Assembly: GCA_036172245.1 (NCBI GenBank)
Contig: JAYWIR010000005.1
Coordinates: forward strand, 2,728,001-2,792,000
From: Raillietiella orientalis
Lineage: Eukaryota
DNA: 64,000 nt
Reading direction: 5' to 3'
Position numbers and translations under genes: made by a program
Notes under the pieces: generated by a model
What the model saw: only the letters and a program-made list of their open reading frames with translations
Told to the model about the DNA's origin: nothing
The model's database searches: none
Shown: in pieces, positions 26,501 to 38,100 of the stretch
Position numbering within the stretch: position 1 is the first letter of the stretch
How the letters are laid out: the number at the start of each line of letters is the position of its first letter

Positions 26501-29500
26501 GATGAGGGGCTTCCCGTTTGCCCGCGCTTCGCGCTCAGTGGCCGAGGCTCCGCAGTCCACGCCCCTCTGTCAGCGCAGGCGCCGCCGTCAAAAGAACTCA
26601 ATCTTTCCCGGAGGAGGGGAGAGAAAAGGGGGGGAGGAAGGAAGCGACCTCTCATCTTTGTCTGCTCCGCCCTTGCCTACCTCTTTTCCAGTCCCCCCGG
26701 GTCTTCGGCACGATCTCGTGCGCCCGCCGCTGCTCCCAGAGCCGCAGTCTCTTTCGCACCGCTCCCCGCTTTCCGCGCGCGTGCCGCTTCTTCCGCCTTT
26801 CAAGCCGCCGCCGAGCACTGCTCCCGTCTCCGTAAGGAGGGAAAGATCTTCGCGCTCCGATGCAGCAGCCTCCACCGCCGCGGCCAGCGCGCGTGCGCGC
26901 GCGTCGTCACGCCGCGCCCATCCCCTGCACCCTCCCTCCCTCCCTCTGGCAAAGCTGCTGCCGGAGACGGCGGCTGCAGACCCGATCGTCAAGTCCCACT
27001 GCTCGAAGGTCAAAGGTGAAACCGCAAGGAGCCTTCGTCGTTGAAGGGTCTCATCCCTTTCTCGCCCCAGGGAGAGGGGATCGCGAGGGACCCAGATAAC
27101 GGCTGTTGCTCCGTCAGTTCTCATTGTCGCTCCTCCCTCGACAAGGCTAAGGTCAGGCGGGAGAAAGCGGGCTAGGGCGGAAGGGGATGCGGTAAATGAT
27201 GGACACCTCCTGCGCCGGGGACCAGTGCGGTCCTGAGGGGGCACCCATGACATGGGACGCACCCGGAGCAGGAGAGTCTTCCCACCTTCCCGTTATCCAG
27301 AGGCCAGAGCTTTTGGAGGACCCGCAGCGGAAGCGGGCGTCGCAATAGAATTTCCGGTGGCCTAGGTTGTTTCCAGGAACGGCACCAAAGGTGCTCGCTC
27401 CTCCGCAGCGGCGATGCTCCCGCCGCTCGCCAGCGAGACAGGGAAACAATTCTTCTCGCTGCTACCACCTTGCGGCACCAGTCCAGAAGGGAGGAAGGGA
27501 ACCGGGAGGGGCCAGGAAAGGGCTACCATTGCACGCGTGGCCGGCGCCAGCCAAGTGCCGGCTCTTGGGCAAACTGCAGAGCCTGCTCTCATCTTTCGCG
27601 TTCAGAGGGTGATCCGGAGCATCTTCCAAGCAAGAGGGTCCTGGAGTGGCTCCTGAAAGATCGCTTTGAGGGCCGAAGGCTCTTCGCTTTTCGCAGCTGG
27701 CCCTTGGTGGGGAGGGAGGCAGAAGCGCCCGCGGTGCTGATAGAAAAGCTCCTAGGAGGAGGAAGAAGTGTAGGGAAGGAGACTTCTGGAAACGCTTCGG
27801 CAGAGGAGGTGACTCCCGGGCGAGTGTCACTTCTTTTCTTCCTTTCCCCTCCCCCTTCCCCTCTCATCCTGCCGAAGTATCGAGGAGATACTGCGGCTCC
27901 TTTGCTCGTTGTGCAGTCTCCAGCGCACCGGGTACTTTCGTTTCCAAGAGAACCAATTTCTTCTACCTCTCGGAGAGTCTTCCGGGATCCATCCGGATCA
28001 GAAGGGAGAGAATGTGGGCGAACATGGGCTTGGAGCTTTGCCTCTGCTGGCTCTCCCCGGCCCCCGTCTCTGCCTCTGAGGCGGTAGGAGTGAAAGCGGC
28101 GCGCTATCCGCAGGTACCTCTCCGAGCTCAGGGACGGGGCCAGTCGCTCACCCCGAAATCTCCTTCTGGCCTCGAGAGACGCATACGGGGTTCCTAGTCA
28201 GCCGGGAAAGACCGTGGGCAGGCGTAGACAGGACAAGAACCACGATGACTAGACTCAGAAGCAGGGAAGGGAGAGATATCAGGCGGCACTGGTCGCGTCG
28301 GGCGCTCTGCATTACAAAGAGCACCGAGGCAGAGGCGGGGGGTCTCTCGTTTCAAAGGACTTTCCTGGGACAGAGAGGAACCTCTGTTCCTCGCACTTTG
28401 GGAAGCGGGCTCTCGCTGCCCCATGCACGAGGGCGCGCGCTGCAGGGGTCGGCCAGAGAATAGGCGAGAACCGCAGCGCCGTGACTCCGCATCGGGAGGC
28501 GGCGGGGGAGGGAAAGGGGGAGGGGGAGGGGAAGAGTCACGGGACGGGGGAGCCGCACGAAGCGAGAGACAAAAAACGCTGCTCTCGCTCTGCACGCCGT
28601 CCCGCTTTTTTCCTTTTTTCTTTTCTTTCTTTTTTCGGACGAGGACCATCGTGCCTCGACCTGGTTCAGAGAGGCATTAATCTCATGATTGATGGACCAT
28701 TCGGAAGCGAATGTCGCCGGTGGTCTCCCGTCCTCCGGCTCGCATAGACTCCCGGGGATGATGGAGACCGAGTGGCGGTGTTACGACGGAGCCCGCGGCT
28801 TCGTTCCTCTTCCGCGAGACGCGTTCGGGGAGGACGCGAGGAGGGTTCCTTCGCCCTCTTTGCTCTCGGGGAGGAATGGGCAAAGAAGACGAGCTTTTCC
28901 TCGCTGGGGAGGGGTGGCGCGAGTTCTTTCGCATTCTCATTCATCCTCCTTCGCAACGGAAGGCAGTTGGCCTGTCACGGGCCTTGTTGAGACTTCGCTC
29001 TTGAAATCCGGCGACTCATTAAGGAGCGGTTCCTAGGAGTGAGGTCAGGGCTCGCAAGAAGTTCCTGATCCTTGCTTTCTTTCGAGACCCGGTGGCGACG
29101 AGGTGGGAATGCTTACGTTTTCCCTACCTGCTATCTCCCTTGTCCCTCCGGAAAAGGACGTCGATGAGTCCCGGTTGGGTTTCCCGAACTCCGCACGGGA
29201 AGCCTCGGACGCGTCGAGCGCCTTCCGAGCGAAAGAGGGGCTGCACCAAAGAACGATCTCAAAACCCAGCGGCACTCCTTCCTCGAGTCCGAAGAACCCG
29301 GAGGAACCAGGATGTGCAGGAATGGTACTCTCGAGCTCTGCCGGCGGAACGCGTCCCTGATTTTCTCGGCAGCAGCGGAAGATGAGAATCGAGGTAGAAG
29401 AAACGGTGGAAGGAAAGGTAACGAAGAACATCAAGAATTTGGTTACCGCTAGCTGGTCAGCTGCTCACGTCGAGGACCGACTCGCTCACCAAGGAACTGG

Positions 29501-29699
29501 ACAGTGTCATCAGCTATCGACGTCTCCTGATCTGAAGGGCATGCGGATGTCAGTTCCTGTTTTTATCCGAGCAAAGCTGATAAACTGCCCGCCTCTAAGT
29601 GCGCCACGTGAGAGTGCATCAATTAAAGATAAAAAGAGGGATAAACAGGGAGCGAAGGGAGCACCAGCTTCGGCGTTTTATCAGTTTCGACCCAAAGTG

Positions 29700-29995
29700 C
29701 CTCCAGCAGAGGACATCTGATAGTGTGCTGGACCCCCGATAAGTTCTATTTCCAGTTGTCATGGTAAGTCGGCTTTTCCTCTTGGCGCTCGTTGCAAAAT
29801 CCAACGCTTCCACCGGGACGGGATCGAAACAAACCCACTTTCCTTCACGCTTGCAATTCTGGCTCTCCTCTTTGTCCCGCCTCCCCTTTCAGGATGGATG
29901 GCTCTCTGTCCTGAAAAATTTACACAGGCTCCACACGGAGAGTCCAGTTGACCAGTGGAAAAGAGGAACTGTGGTGGGGGCTCCTTGCAAGGTGC
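29700..29995 (-). CDS. Degenerate Ig I-set domain
   Basis: KEPPPQFLFSTGQLDSPCGACVNFS resembles an I-set start, and TTGNRTYRGSSTLSDV in another frame resembles the F-G strands. Confidence 0.4.
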
Positions 29996-31101
29996 GCGCG
30001 CTAGCTGCGGTGCGAGTCCAGAAGGGAAAGGGACCAATGTGGAGGCACTGCATCTGGATGCATCAGGTGGAACGGATTTTACAGGAGAGGTCCGGCATCT
30101 CAGGATCCCGAAAGTGCAAACATCATCAAAGGAGGAACCGCTGTATCCGCTAGAAGCTAACGGGCTGCTGTTGCGCTCTCGGAGTCTCGTTCCTCCTCCA
30201 GCGAGGACGTTCATTCGGGATGCTGGAGTGGTCCATCCTCCCTCCTCCGCACACACATCGCAAATCGATGTGAATCTTTCCGGCGAAGCTGGAAGTCTTT
30301 TTGGCTGCCCAGGCCAGTGGCTCCTTCCCACGTTGGTGGCGGCGCCTGCCCAGCGTCTTAGGAAGAAAACTTGTTGTTATTTCCCTTGGGGTTGCTTGGT
30401 TGCTCTCCCAGTCAGCGAGTCGCTCAGAACTGTGAGAGCTGGCCAATCAGTTAACCGCGATGGTTTTTGGTCCGGGATTGCTGCAACGCTCTCCATCTTG
30501 CCGTGCAGATCCATTAGAAAGTGGGTACTTTCTGACCGAAGAAGGAAGAGTTGCCTCGAGTAATTCCTCACTTCCAACTACCCGGGTTCGAACCAGCAGC
30601 GCCCTGGATTCTGCTTTCCTTTTAAAGGGACGCCGATGCCGACGTGTCTTTTTGTATCGGAGCTCTTGAATGCGTGAACGCGCATGCAGATGCCACCCTG
30701 AAAGCACGCATGGGATACCCGCTGTTTCCATGGTGAAGGAAGGGCAGTTCCATCAGTCGCTGAGGGTCTCCGCTCTTATTCTGAATATCATTTCAAGAGT
30801 CCCGCTGTGGTTGGCTATTGCATTTCAACCACATTACTCCTCTACGTTTGCATATTTTACAAAGTAGGTGTGCAGATGGAATGCCCTACCCTCTCGTGGG
30901 GCCAGCAACAGCCCATCGACATCCTGAACACGAAGCACTTGCTTCTAGACCTTTTCATCTCCTTCTCCTGACGAAGATGCAGCTCTTCAGGGTTGCTTTA
31001 TCCTAGCCGGTGGTCTGCCTTGCACTTGCGGTATTTCCCTCTCTCCCGTTCCTTCAGACCTCTCCCGAAGGCACTGTGTGCTTCAGCACGCCGTTTCTTA
31101 C

Positions 31102-31350
31102 CTCCAACGATCTGTAGGTGCAAGCGAAGCCAAGCATTCACCACTCTTTCGCCTTCCGAGAGCACCAGATCCTGACAATCACTTCCGGAGCCGGTTCGCG
31201 ACCTTCCGTTCCCGATTTTCCCAGATGGATCCGGACTGAGGTGGAGTGAATCGAAGAGACCCATTCCGCCCACACAACCGCTTCCAGTCGGAACCCCTTG
31301 CGAAGACTCAGTTGAGCCGCCGCCAGCATCCTCTTGGATCGCAGGAGTGG
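31102..31350 (-). CDS. Degenerate Ig-like domain exon
   Basis: RMLAAAQLSLRKGFRLEAVV, then in another frame VNAWLRLHLQIVG, ending at donor GAG|GTAAGA (31102/31101). Confidence 0.35.
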
Positions 31351-31599
31351 GCTGAGGAGTGAGAATTTTCCGCCAAACTTTTAGGCGTTTCTCACCCAGG
31401 AAATCACACGGGTCCAAGCGTGGCAACGGTGGCTGGGGCGATCTTCCTCCTGAGGAAGGTGCCTGGAATGAACACGCACACCCCAACGCAGGGTGGCTTG
31501 GCATACCCTCCTCGGGACGCATTCCGAACAGGGAAAAATCATATCCTCCCTCCGCAATATAACGAATCGCGAGTTCAGTAAACTCATGTGCACCGTACG

Positions 31600-32072
31600 T
31601 CACCCTGCCGGTCCTCCTCCTCTGCTGCTCTTGACCCAAGTGTCCTGCCCGGGAGAGTAGCGTCCACGAGAAGCGGCGCAGGTCGCACTGGCTTGCAGGG
31701 AGGCGCTCGGTACCGGAAGAGTTCCCTCGGAAGCTGAGGGATTTCTGAGCAGCCCTCTCCGTCTCCTCCTGGGCGTCCTCGCGTTCGGGGCGGTCGAAGG
31801 GCGCCAGATGGAGGCTCTGGGGTGCCAGACGCTGCGTGCTGGAACGGACGGAGTGCAACGAAAGGAGGCGGAGCGCAGGGAGGCGCAGCACCGCTGCCTT
31901 CGGCCGCCCGCCTGGTGTCTGCGCAGCTTTGGCAAGACGCTCGAAGGACTTGGCACCTCCTCCTCCTCCCACAGGCGACGGTGCGCTCGGAGGCAGCAGC
32001 AGAGCCGGGCCACGTTTCAGGCGGTAGCTTGCGGGGTCACGGGCCAGAACGAGGAACCGTCAGCAAGTCTCC
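31600..32072. repeat. GC-rich dispersed repeat, longest copy (~470 bp)
   Basis: Near-identical to 10340-10728 over its 3' part; 5' part matches the reverse complement of 9792-10045. Confidence 0.9.
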
Positions 32073-32199
32073 TGCCGGATTAGCAGTGGCCGTTGTGCAG
32101 AGTCGTCCTCCGCATCGCTTCCTGCAATAAAATCGAACAAGAGATGTTGAGTTAGGAAGCCGCTTACTTCCAGCGGGCGTCAAGCTGCTCTTCGTTACG

Positions 32200-35100
32200 C
32201 TGAAGAGAGTCCCCTGGAGCGATGAGCTGATCAAGTCACTTTGGAACTGACCAACACTCCATCCGGGTGACGTCCATGAGGATACCGCCGTGAGAAGCTT
32301 TTCGAATTTGCTTCCCAGTGGTAGCGACATGAGCAGACATCGGCAGGCACCTTTGTGTGCACGCCGTGAGATATCGTGATGGTTCAGATCTCAGGGGAAC
32401 TCACTGTGGAAGGAGCCTGCCGCAAGCGAGAGTTAATTGCGGATCGAGTCTGAGGCCACCCTGCGAAAGAAAGCTGATGTCGGGGGTCTCTCCATGACCA
32501 GCACCTAGCATCCCTAGAAGCTTCCCTCGGTATGTTTATGTCAGCTTCCGCCATCTGACAGATAATAGTTTTTTTTGGGGGGGTTCCCAAGGAGCACCGA
32601 AGAATTGTTTAGCTCCTTAAGGGGGAGCTCGCAAAGCTCTTTCAACACGACCGTGCCACCCGAGGGTGCATGTGACTCTTCAGGATGGGAGGTAACCCGG
32701 AGGGACCACCCTATGAATCCAGGAAGGCTACGGAGAAAGGAGTTCCTCTCTTACGCTTTTGGGAGTGAACCTCCCGGAAGGAGATCGACTCCTGGTTGCC
32801 TCCGAAGGGAATCCTGAAGAGAATGCGCCCTGAACCCTCATTCTTTCCGGAGGGAGGCCACTCATTTCTTCTCCGAAGGGAACCCAGAAAGGATCCTCTC
32901 CGAGTTTGCTCCTCAGGAGAGAGCCCCGGAGGGAGCAGGGCGCTTCCTGACACTCCGGAGAGAGGTGTCAGCCAGCCCCATGAAGCGCGATGGAGGGTCG
33001 CTTCTGAGTGAGAAGATGGCTCCCTTTTCACAACTGAAGGGGAACCCCGAAAAAGAGGCGACTCCTTGGTTCCTGGAAAGACTCCAGAGGGTCGACTTCC
33101 GATCCAAGACAGTCAAACGGAGAGCGTCCAGCTTCCATGAGGGCCGCACCTGGAGGACTCGTGCAGAGGGGACTCGAAACCCACGACGCACCCATTTTTC
33201 GGCGTAGGGACTCGAACCCGCTACGCTTGGTACCGCGCGGACATCGTAGCCACAGGGCTGTCAACGCGGGTAATGAGATTGCAATCTAATGCCGTCAATG
33301 TGAATTTTCGGAAAAATGCTATTGTCACCGTTATTGTTATTTTCCTTATCCAAAGGTGCATACAGGCGCATGCGCCTCTCCTGAGTCATCTTGCCTGAAT
33401 GTCCTGGAACCCAGAGCGCTCGGGCGGCATGGAATTGCTACTCTAAAGGAGTAGGTAGAGGATTGGGGTGAATAAAACCGACCATGAGGGTCTATCCACG
33501 CCCGGCACACAGCACGAGAAGCTGCCCTAAAGCAGCATGAAGAAAGGCGCGTTATTCCGGTTCCTCTCCCACTTTCAGTCAGATATCCAGGAACGTATGT
33601 AGAATCCGAACGGGGAAAAGGGCGAGCAGGATCTTGGTTTCAGTGGTATCCCGGGCCCGAGAGAGGACCGTGCGATTGAGTAAACTGGCCGGTTAGGCGC
33701 TTCTTGGGAGGTCGCCGGCTGATGAATATTCTCGAGACTTGGAGAATTACACCATTGCTATGGGCGCGTGTTGCGTTGAATCTGCGTGCAAGAGTTCTTG
33801 CAGCTGAGAATAATCAGGCAGCTCGGCGAGGAGAGCAACTTACACGAAGAGGAGCGATTAGAAAGACGGCGGCATTGGTTGGTTCGTTATTATTTTGTCC
33901 TTACTAACTATTGCATATTTTACAGAGAGAATTTGGGACCAGAACAGACACCAAAATACGGTGTGGTAGTGATGAGCTCAGAGTTCGAGGTTTCATGGAG
34001 GTTCATAAGCGTTGCAAATTAATCCGAAGACTGGACGGTTTTTGTGGCTATACCTATGTCTGTGTAAGGACGAGTCGTCTGAGGTTGAGGACATCCATGT
34101 TTTCTGATAGGATTTTTGGATCCTTGGTTTCAGTGGGGTATGCATTGTTCAGGTGATGAGGCGGGTCTGGCTTTGATATGGAACGGGAAATAGGGTCTGA
34201 CCCCCGCCCCGACGCAAAGGACTTGTTTTGCACGATGTTCTCTGAGGTTGCCAAGGGAACAGATTTTATTTTATTTTTTTTCGGAAAAATTCGAAATGCA
34301 AAGCTGCGCGTTTCTAGGCACACGCTTTCGATGATCAACGGAACAGCATCAGGTGCATGCATCTATGGGTTCTGTGATCATCCCACGCTTCCCGTTGCCA
34401 GCGATCGACTTTCTTTCCCCAGAGGAATCGCTCCAAGGTGGTGAGTCTTTGGCGAGCAAACGCGCGATTGATACCGGGGCTCCTCACTCACTGACCAACG
34501 GTTTCATTACGCGGTCGCCAAGCGAGATCAATCCCGTGGGAAACTGGAGTTAAGGAGAGAGAATGCCCCAGGTTTTTGTATTCATTAGAAAATTGAATTA
34601 TGTCTTCCACAAGGGGAAATCATGTTCCCCTTCCATGTCGGAAAACACTAAGAGGAAAGGGTGCGGACACTGCGGGAAGCTTTAGCGTTCCATAGCAGCC
34701 AAATGAAGTTCCTCGGCTCGCGCCTGCGTATTTTATAAGGCCTCGCTTGGAATCATGACATCAGATCGGCCTCTTTGCCTCTCACGCCGCGAACGTCGGG
34801 GTGGTTTCACGACGAGAGAGCCAATTTCTTGGATGTTTCCCTGCGGATAATGTTCAAGGCATGTGCAAGGCGGGCTCCCCGCCTTTTCGATTCGGAGAAC
34901 GAAAGGAATCGCCACGAAGACCCAAAGGAGTGCTGCCTTTTCCGAGCACGCGAGCCACCGAGTAGCTGGACACGATCAAGAATTAACAGCCACGGTGTTT
35001 ATTGGGTTTTCCTGGAGCTCCTTCGATTTCTATCGTCGGGAAAGCTGAGAAGCGTGGCCGCTCGTAGAAAACCCACTCCACCCTGCGTAGTACTGCGTCT

Positions 35101-38100
35101 GCTCATTCGTTTGGGGAGCTAGAAGCGAGATCCCCAGCAATCGGTCGCATCGGCGCTCCTCCGGTACCACTTGAAGAATGTGTCGTTCCGTCTCTGCAAA
35201 GGTCACGATTCGGTTCTCGAAAAAATCTTCTTTCGTGGAATCGACTCGCCTGCTGTTCGTCGGTGACGGATGCACACAGGGATGCTCTGATGGATTCCTG
35301 GTAGGAATGTGAAGTTTTCAAGGTCTCGCATTGTCCGTGCTGGACTTTGAGACACGGCTGTCTCCACCGCTTTAGCGAGGAAGACGTTCTGATGAGAGAT
35401 TCCGATGATGGAGTATGAGAAGCTAAAGAAAGGAGACAGCTACTCTTGGTCGAAGATCCTCTGAAACGAGGACATCAAGAAAAAAGGTTTCGGTCGCTAA
35501 AATCATTCTGCAGCCTCCCGCGCCGGCAGAACGAAACAAAACCTGGACGTTTCCGCGAACTTCGCTCAGAGATTTGAATGCAACTCTTCTGCTCTTCCAT
35601 AAGAAATTAACTCTGGTTGTTCCCCACCGAGCTTCTAAAGCTCAAAGCGTAGATACACACAGCTGGATGGCAGAGAGGTCGGCGGGAGCAAATTCCTGGG
35701 AATGACCAGAGCTTTTGAAGTTCGTGCACGATTGTATTGAACAGTCGAAGAATGGCTGCTGCTCACTCGAGCTATTCGGGTGAGGGAATCGACAGCGGCC
35801 TGCTACCTGCTCAGAGCCCCAGGGCAAGAAATTCAAAGCACAGAGCAAAAGCTGGGCAAAGAGAATTCTCTGGAGCATGCTGAGATTCGAGGAAGAGAGG
35901 TTTGCCATCGAGAGTTCCCTTTTATAGGGAACGTCGCAGCCGAATTAGTTTCCTGTCTTTCCCAAAACTGTGGTAGATGATTGCAGTAGCTTCTTCCTGG
36001 AAACAAGACGTCAAAAAATGACTGCAGTCCAGTGTTTCACATAAAAGGCAGACCACATTGATTTAAAAGCCAAGATCTTTCCTTGAACTCCACAAGAGAA
36101 GGAAAACAGCTACCCTAATCTGCCATGTTTTGTAAAGTTTCTGGCCGAGAATAACCTGAAAAGATGGAGAGAGACTTTATGCATCTAAAGAAGAACATAA
36201 GCTGATCCATCTTTCGATTTCGAAACACGTGATGAGGATCCGACTGAGGTGCCTGAAGTGACGTGCCCAAAATCATCAGTGGATCCATGAAGATGGATTC
36301 CTGAGAAGCTGTTTTTCTTGAATAATAGCAAGTCCTTACAGAACAAACATCCTTGTTATGATCTGTTACTTGGCATAATCAAGGGAGAAGAATTACACGA
36401 AGTTCCTTCCGAAACATGCGTTCCAGTTTCTGGAAGGATCATTTCACTCCTGGTCTGCATCTCTTTTCTCTTCTCAGACGTTTTTCTTTCTCTTGAGGGT
36501 GAGCTGACTGGCATCGAGAGCAGTGATCAGGGGCAAACTAAAAAAGCTTTCGGATTTCACTCACGAAGAGCAGGGTTTTTGTAGTGTTGGAAGTTTTGTT
36601 TCTTTTCCAATTAGCTTTTGCTTCATGTAGCCATGTAAAAAAAAACCCGCTGGAATGAAAATCCCTGTGATGAAGCATCGGTTCAGCGCTGGCCTCGGAC
36701 TGCATCTGAATAGATCTTCGAGCCGGCTGTTTTTGGGAACCTCCAAAGGGTATACAAGGAGTGCTTCAAACCTTTCCGACTTCGTTGTCACCAAGGGAGA
36801 ATTTTCTTAAGAAGCAAAGAGTTCATCGCGCGTGCTCTTAACACGGGAACAGATTCAAATGAACCGATGACAACTGAATCGCTGTTCAGTGTTCTCTTTG
36901 ATCATAAGCGACTCGAGTTCACCATGAGACTGGGTTTATCACTGTCAGTTTTCTGGCAAATCTGCATACTTACTGAGATACATTGTTCCAAATGAACCCT
37001 CATGGTGAAAGAGAATGTATTGAAAAAGACGGTATCCTTGGAGTAATGGGAACACATCTCAGAGAAAGACCGAAAATTTCCATTCAAAATTATCTGTCAA
37101 AAATGAATACACAATGATCTTTTTTTTTTTTTTTTCTTAAAAAAAAAAAAAAAGTGGCCAAAAAAAAAAAACCCAAGTACAAATATGGAAGGAGAATAAT
37201 TAGACGGGGCTAAGAAATCTGAAATGGGTGAAATTCCATGATTTCAGTCACATGAATCATTTATCCCCAAGGAGATCGTAAGAAATGCCCCAATTGCTCA
37301 GAAAATTCGCACATGAAAGTTTTAGAGCAGAAGACATCTATAAAACCTAGCAATTAGTGGAAAGCGTTGAGAGAAGCGTCAGGAGAAAAGGAAAACTTTC
37401 CTGAAAACCCATTTTTTTTTTTTTTCATGTGTATTCGCGAAAAAGTTTTCAAGGAGGTGAAGAAATCATCAAAGAAATGGAAAGAGCAAATTAAATCACA
37501 GACGAAAGAACACCGAAAGAACCGACGAAGGAGCACTTTCTGGGCTGTTTGCATGCCGTGCTTTCGGTAATTTACTCAATGCTTAAATGGAATCAGTAAG
37601 TACATTTGAAAAAGAAGAGGAGAGAGCATATGGAGCCTCAAGAGAAAGGCCAACTCGAATGAAAATAGTAGGTAAAGATTGCAGCCTCTTTCTTCTGCTC
37701 ACTCCATTGCAGTTTCGCGCCGGGTTCCCTAATCAGAAGGATGATGGAGCTTACAACCAGCCCTACAGTGGCACGATAAAGTTAATTCTAAGCTAAGGGA
37801 CAGCGCAATGGCTTCTGAAATAATTGCCCAAGACATCAAGACGATTGCTGGGTGATACAAAGAAGCCGATCTACGGGTACCAAGGAATTTTTCCATACTC
37901 AGTTTTTCATTTTGCATTTATAGTTACCAGAAGGCAAACTAGATTGCGCTGTCTGTATAATTTCAATTGACAAGCAAGATTCTAGCATCCCATGAGTGAG
38001 AGGGGATTTGAAATCAAAGATGTATATATATATATATATATTAAAAAAAATGATACATGAATAACGAAAGGAAAAAGCTATTCCATCATTCATGCTGTTA

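Noticed and set aside
25200..29400. Long ORFs such as 26075..27019 and 25463..26308
   Set aside because: Same GC-rich shadow-ORF character; most likely intron of the minus-strand gene.
33364..33377. Palindromic transcription-factor-like motifs (AGGCGCATGCGCCT here; TGACGTCA near 899 and 12350; GTCACGTGAC at 6635)
   Set aside because: Short palindromes are expected by chance in 64 kb and there is no independent promoter evidence.
37118..37170. Poly-T followed by poly-A forming an apparent hairpin
   Set aside because: Homopolymer runs are common throughout the window; not distinctive.
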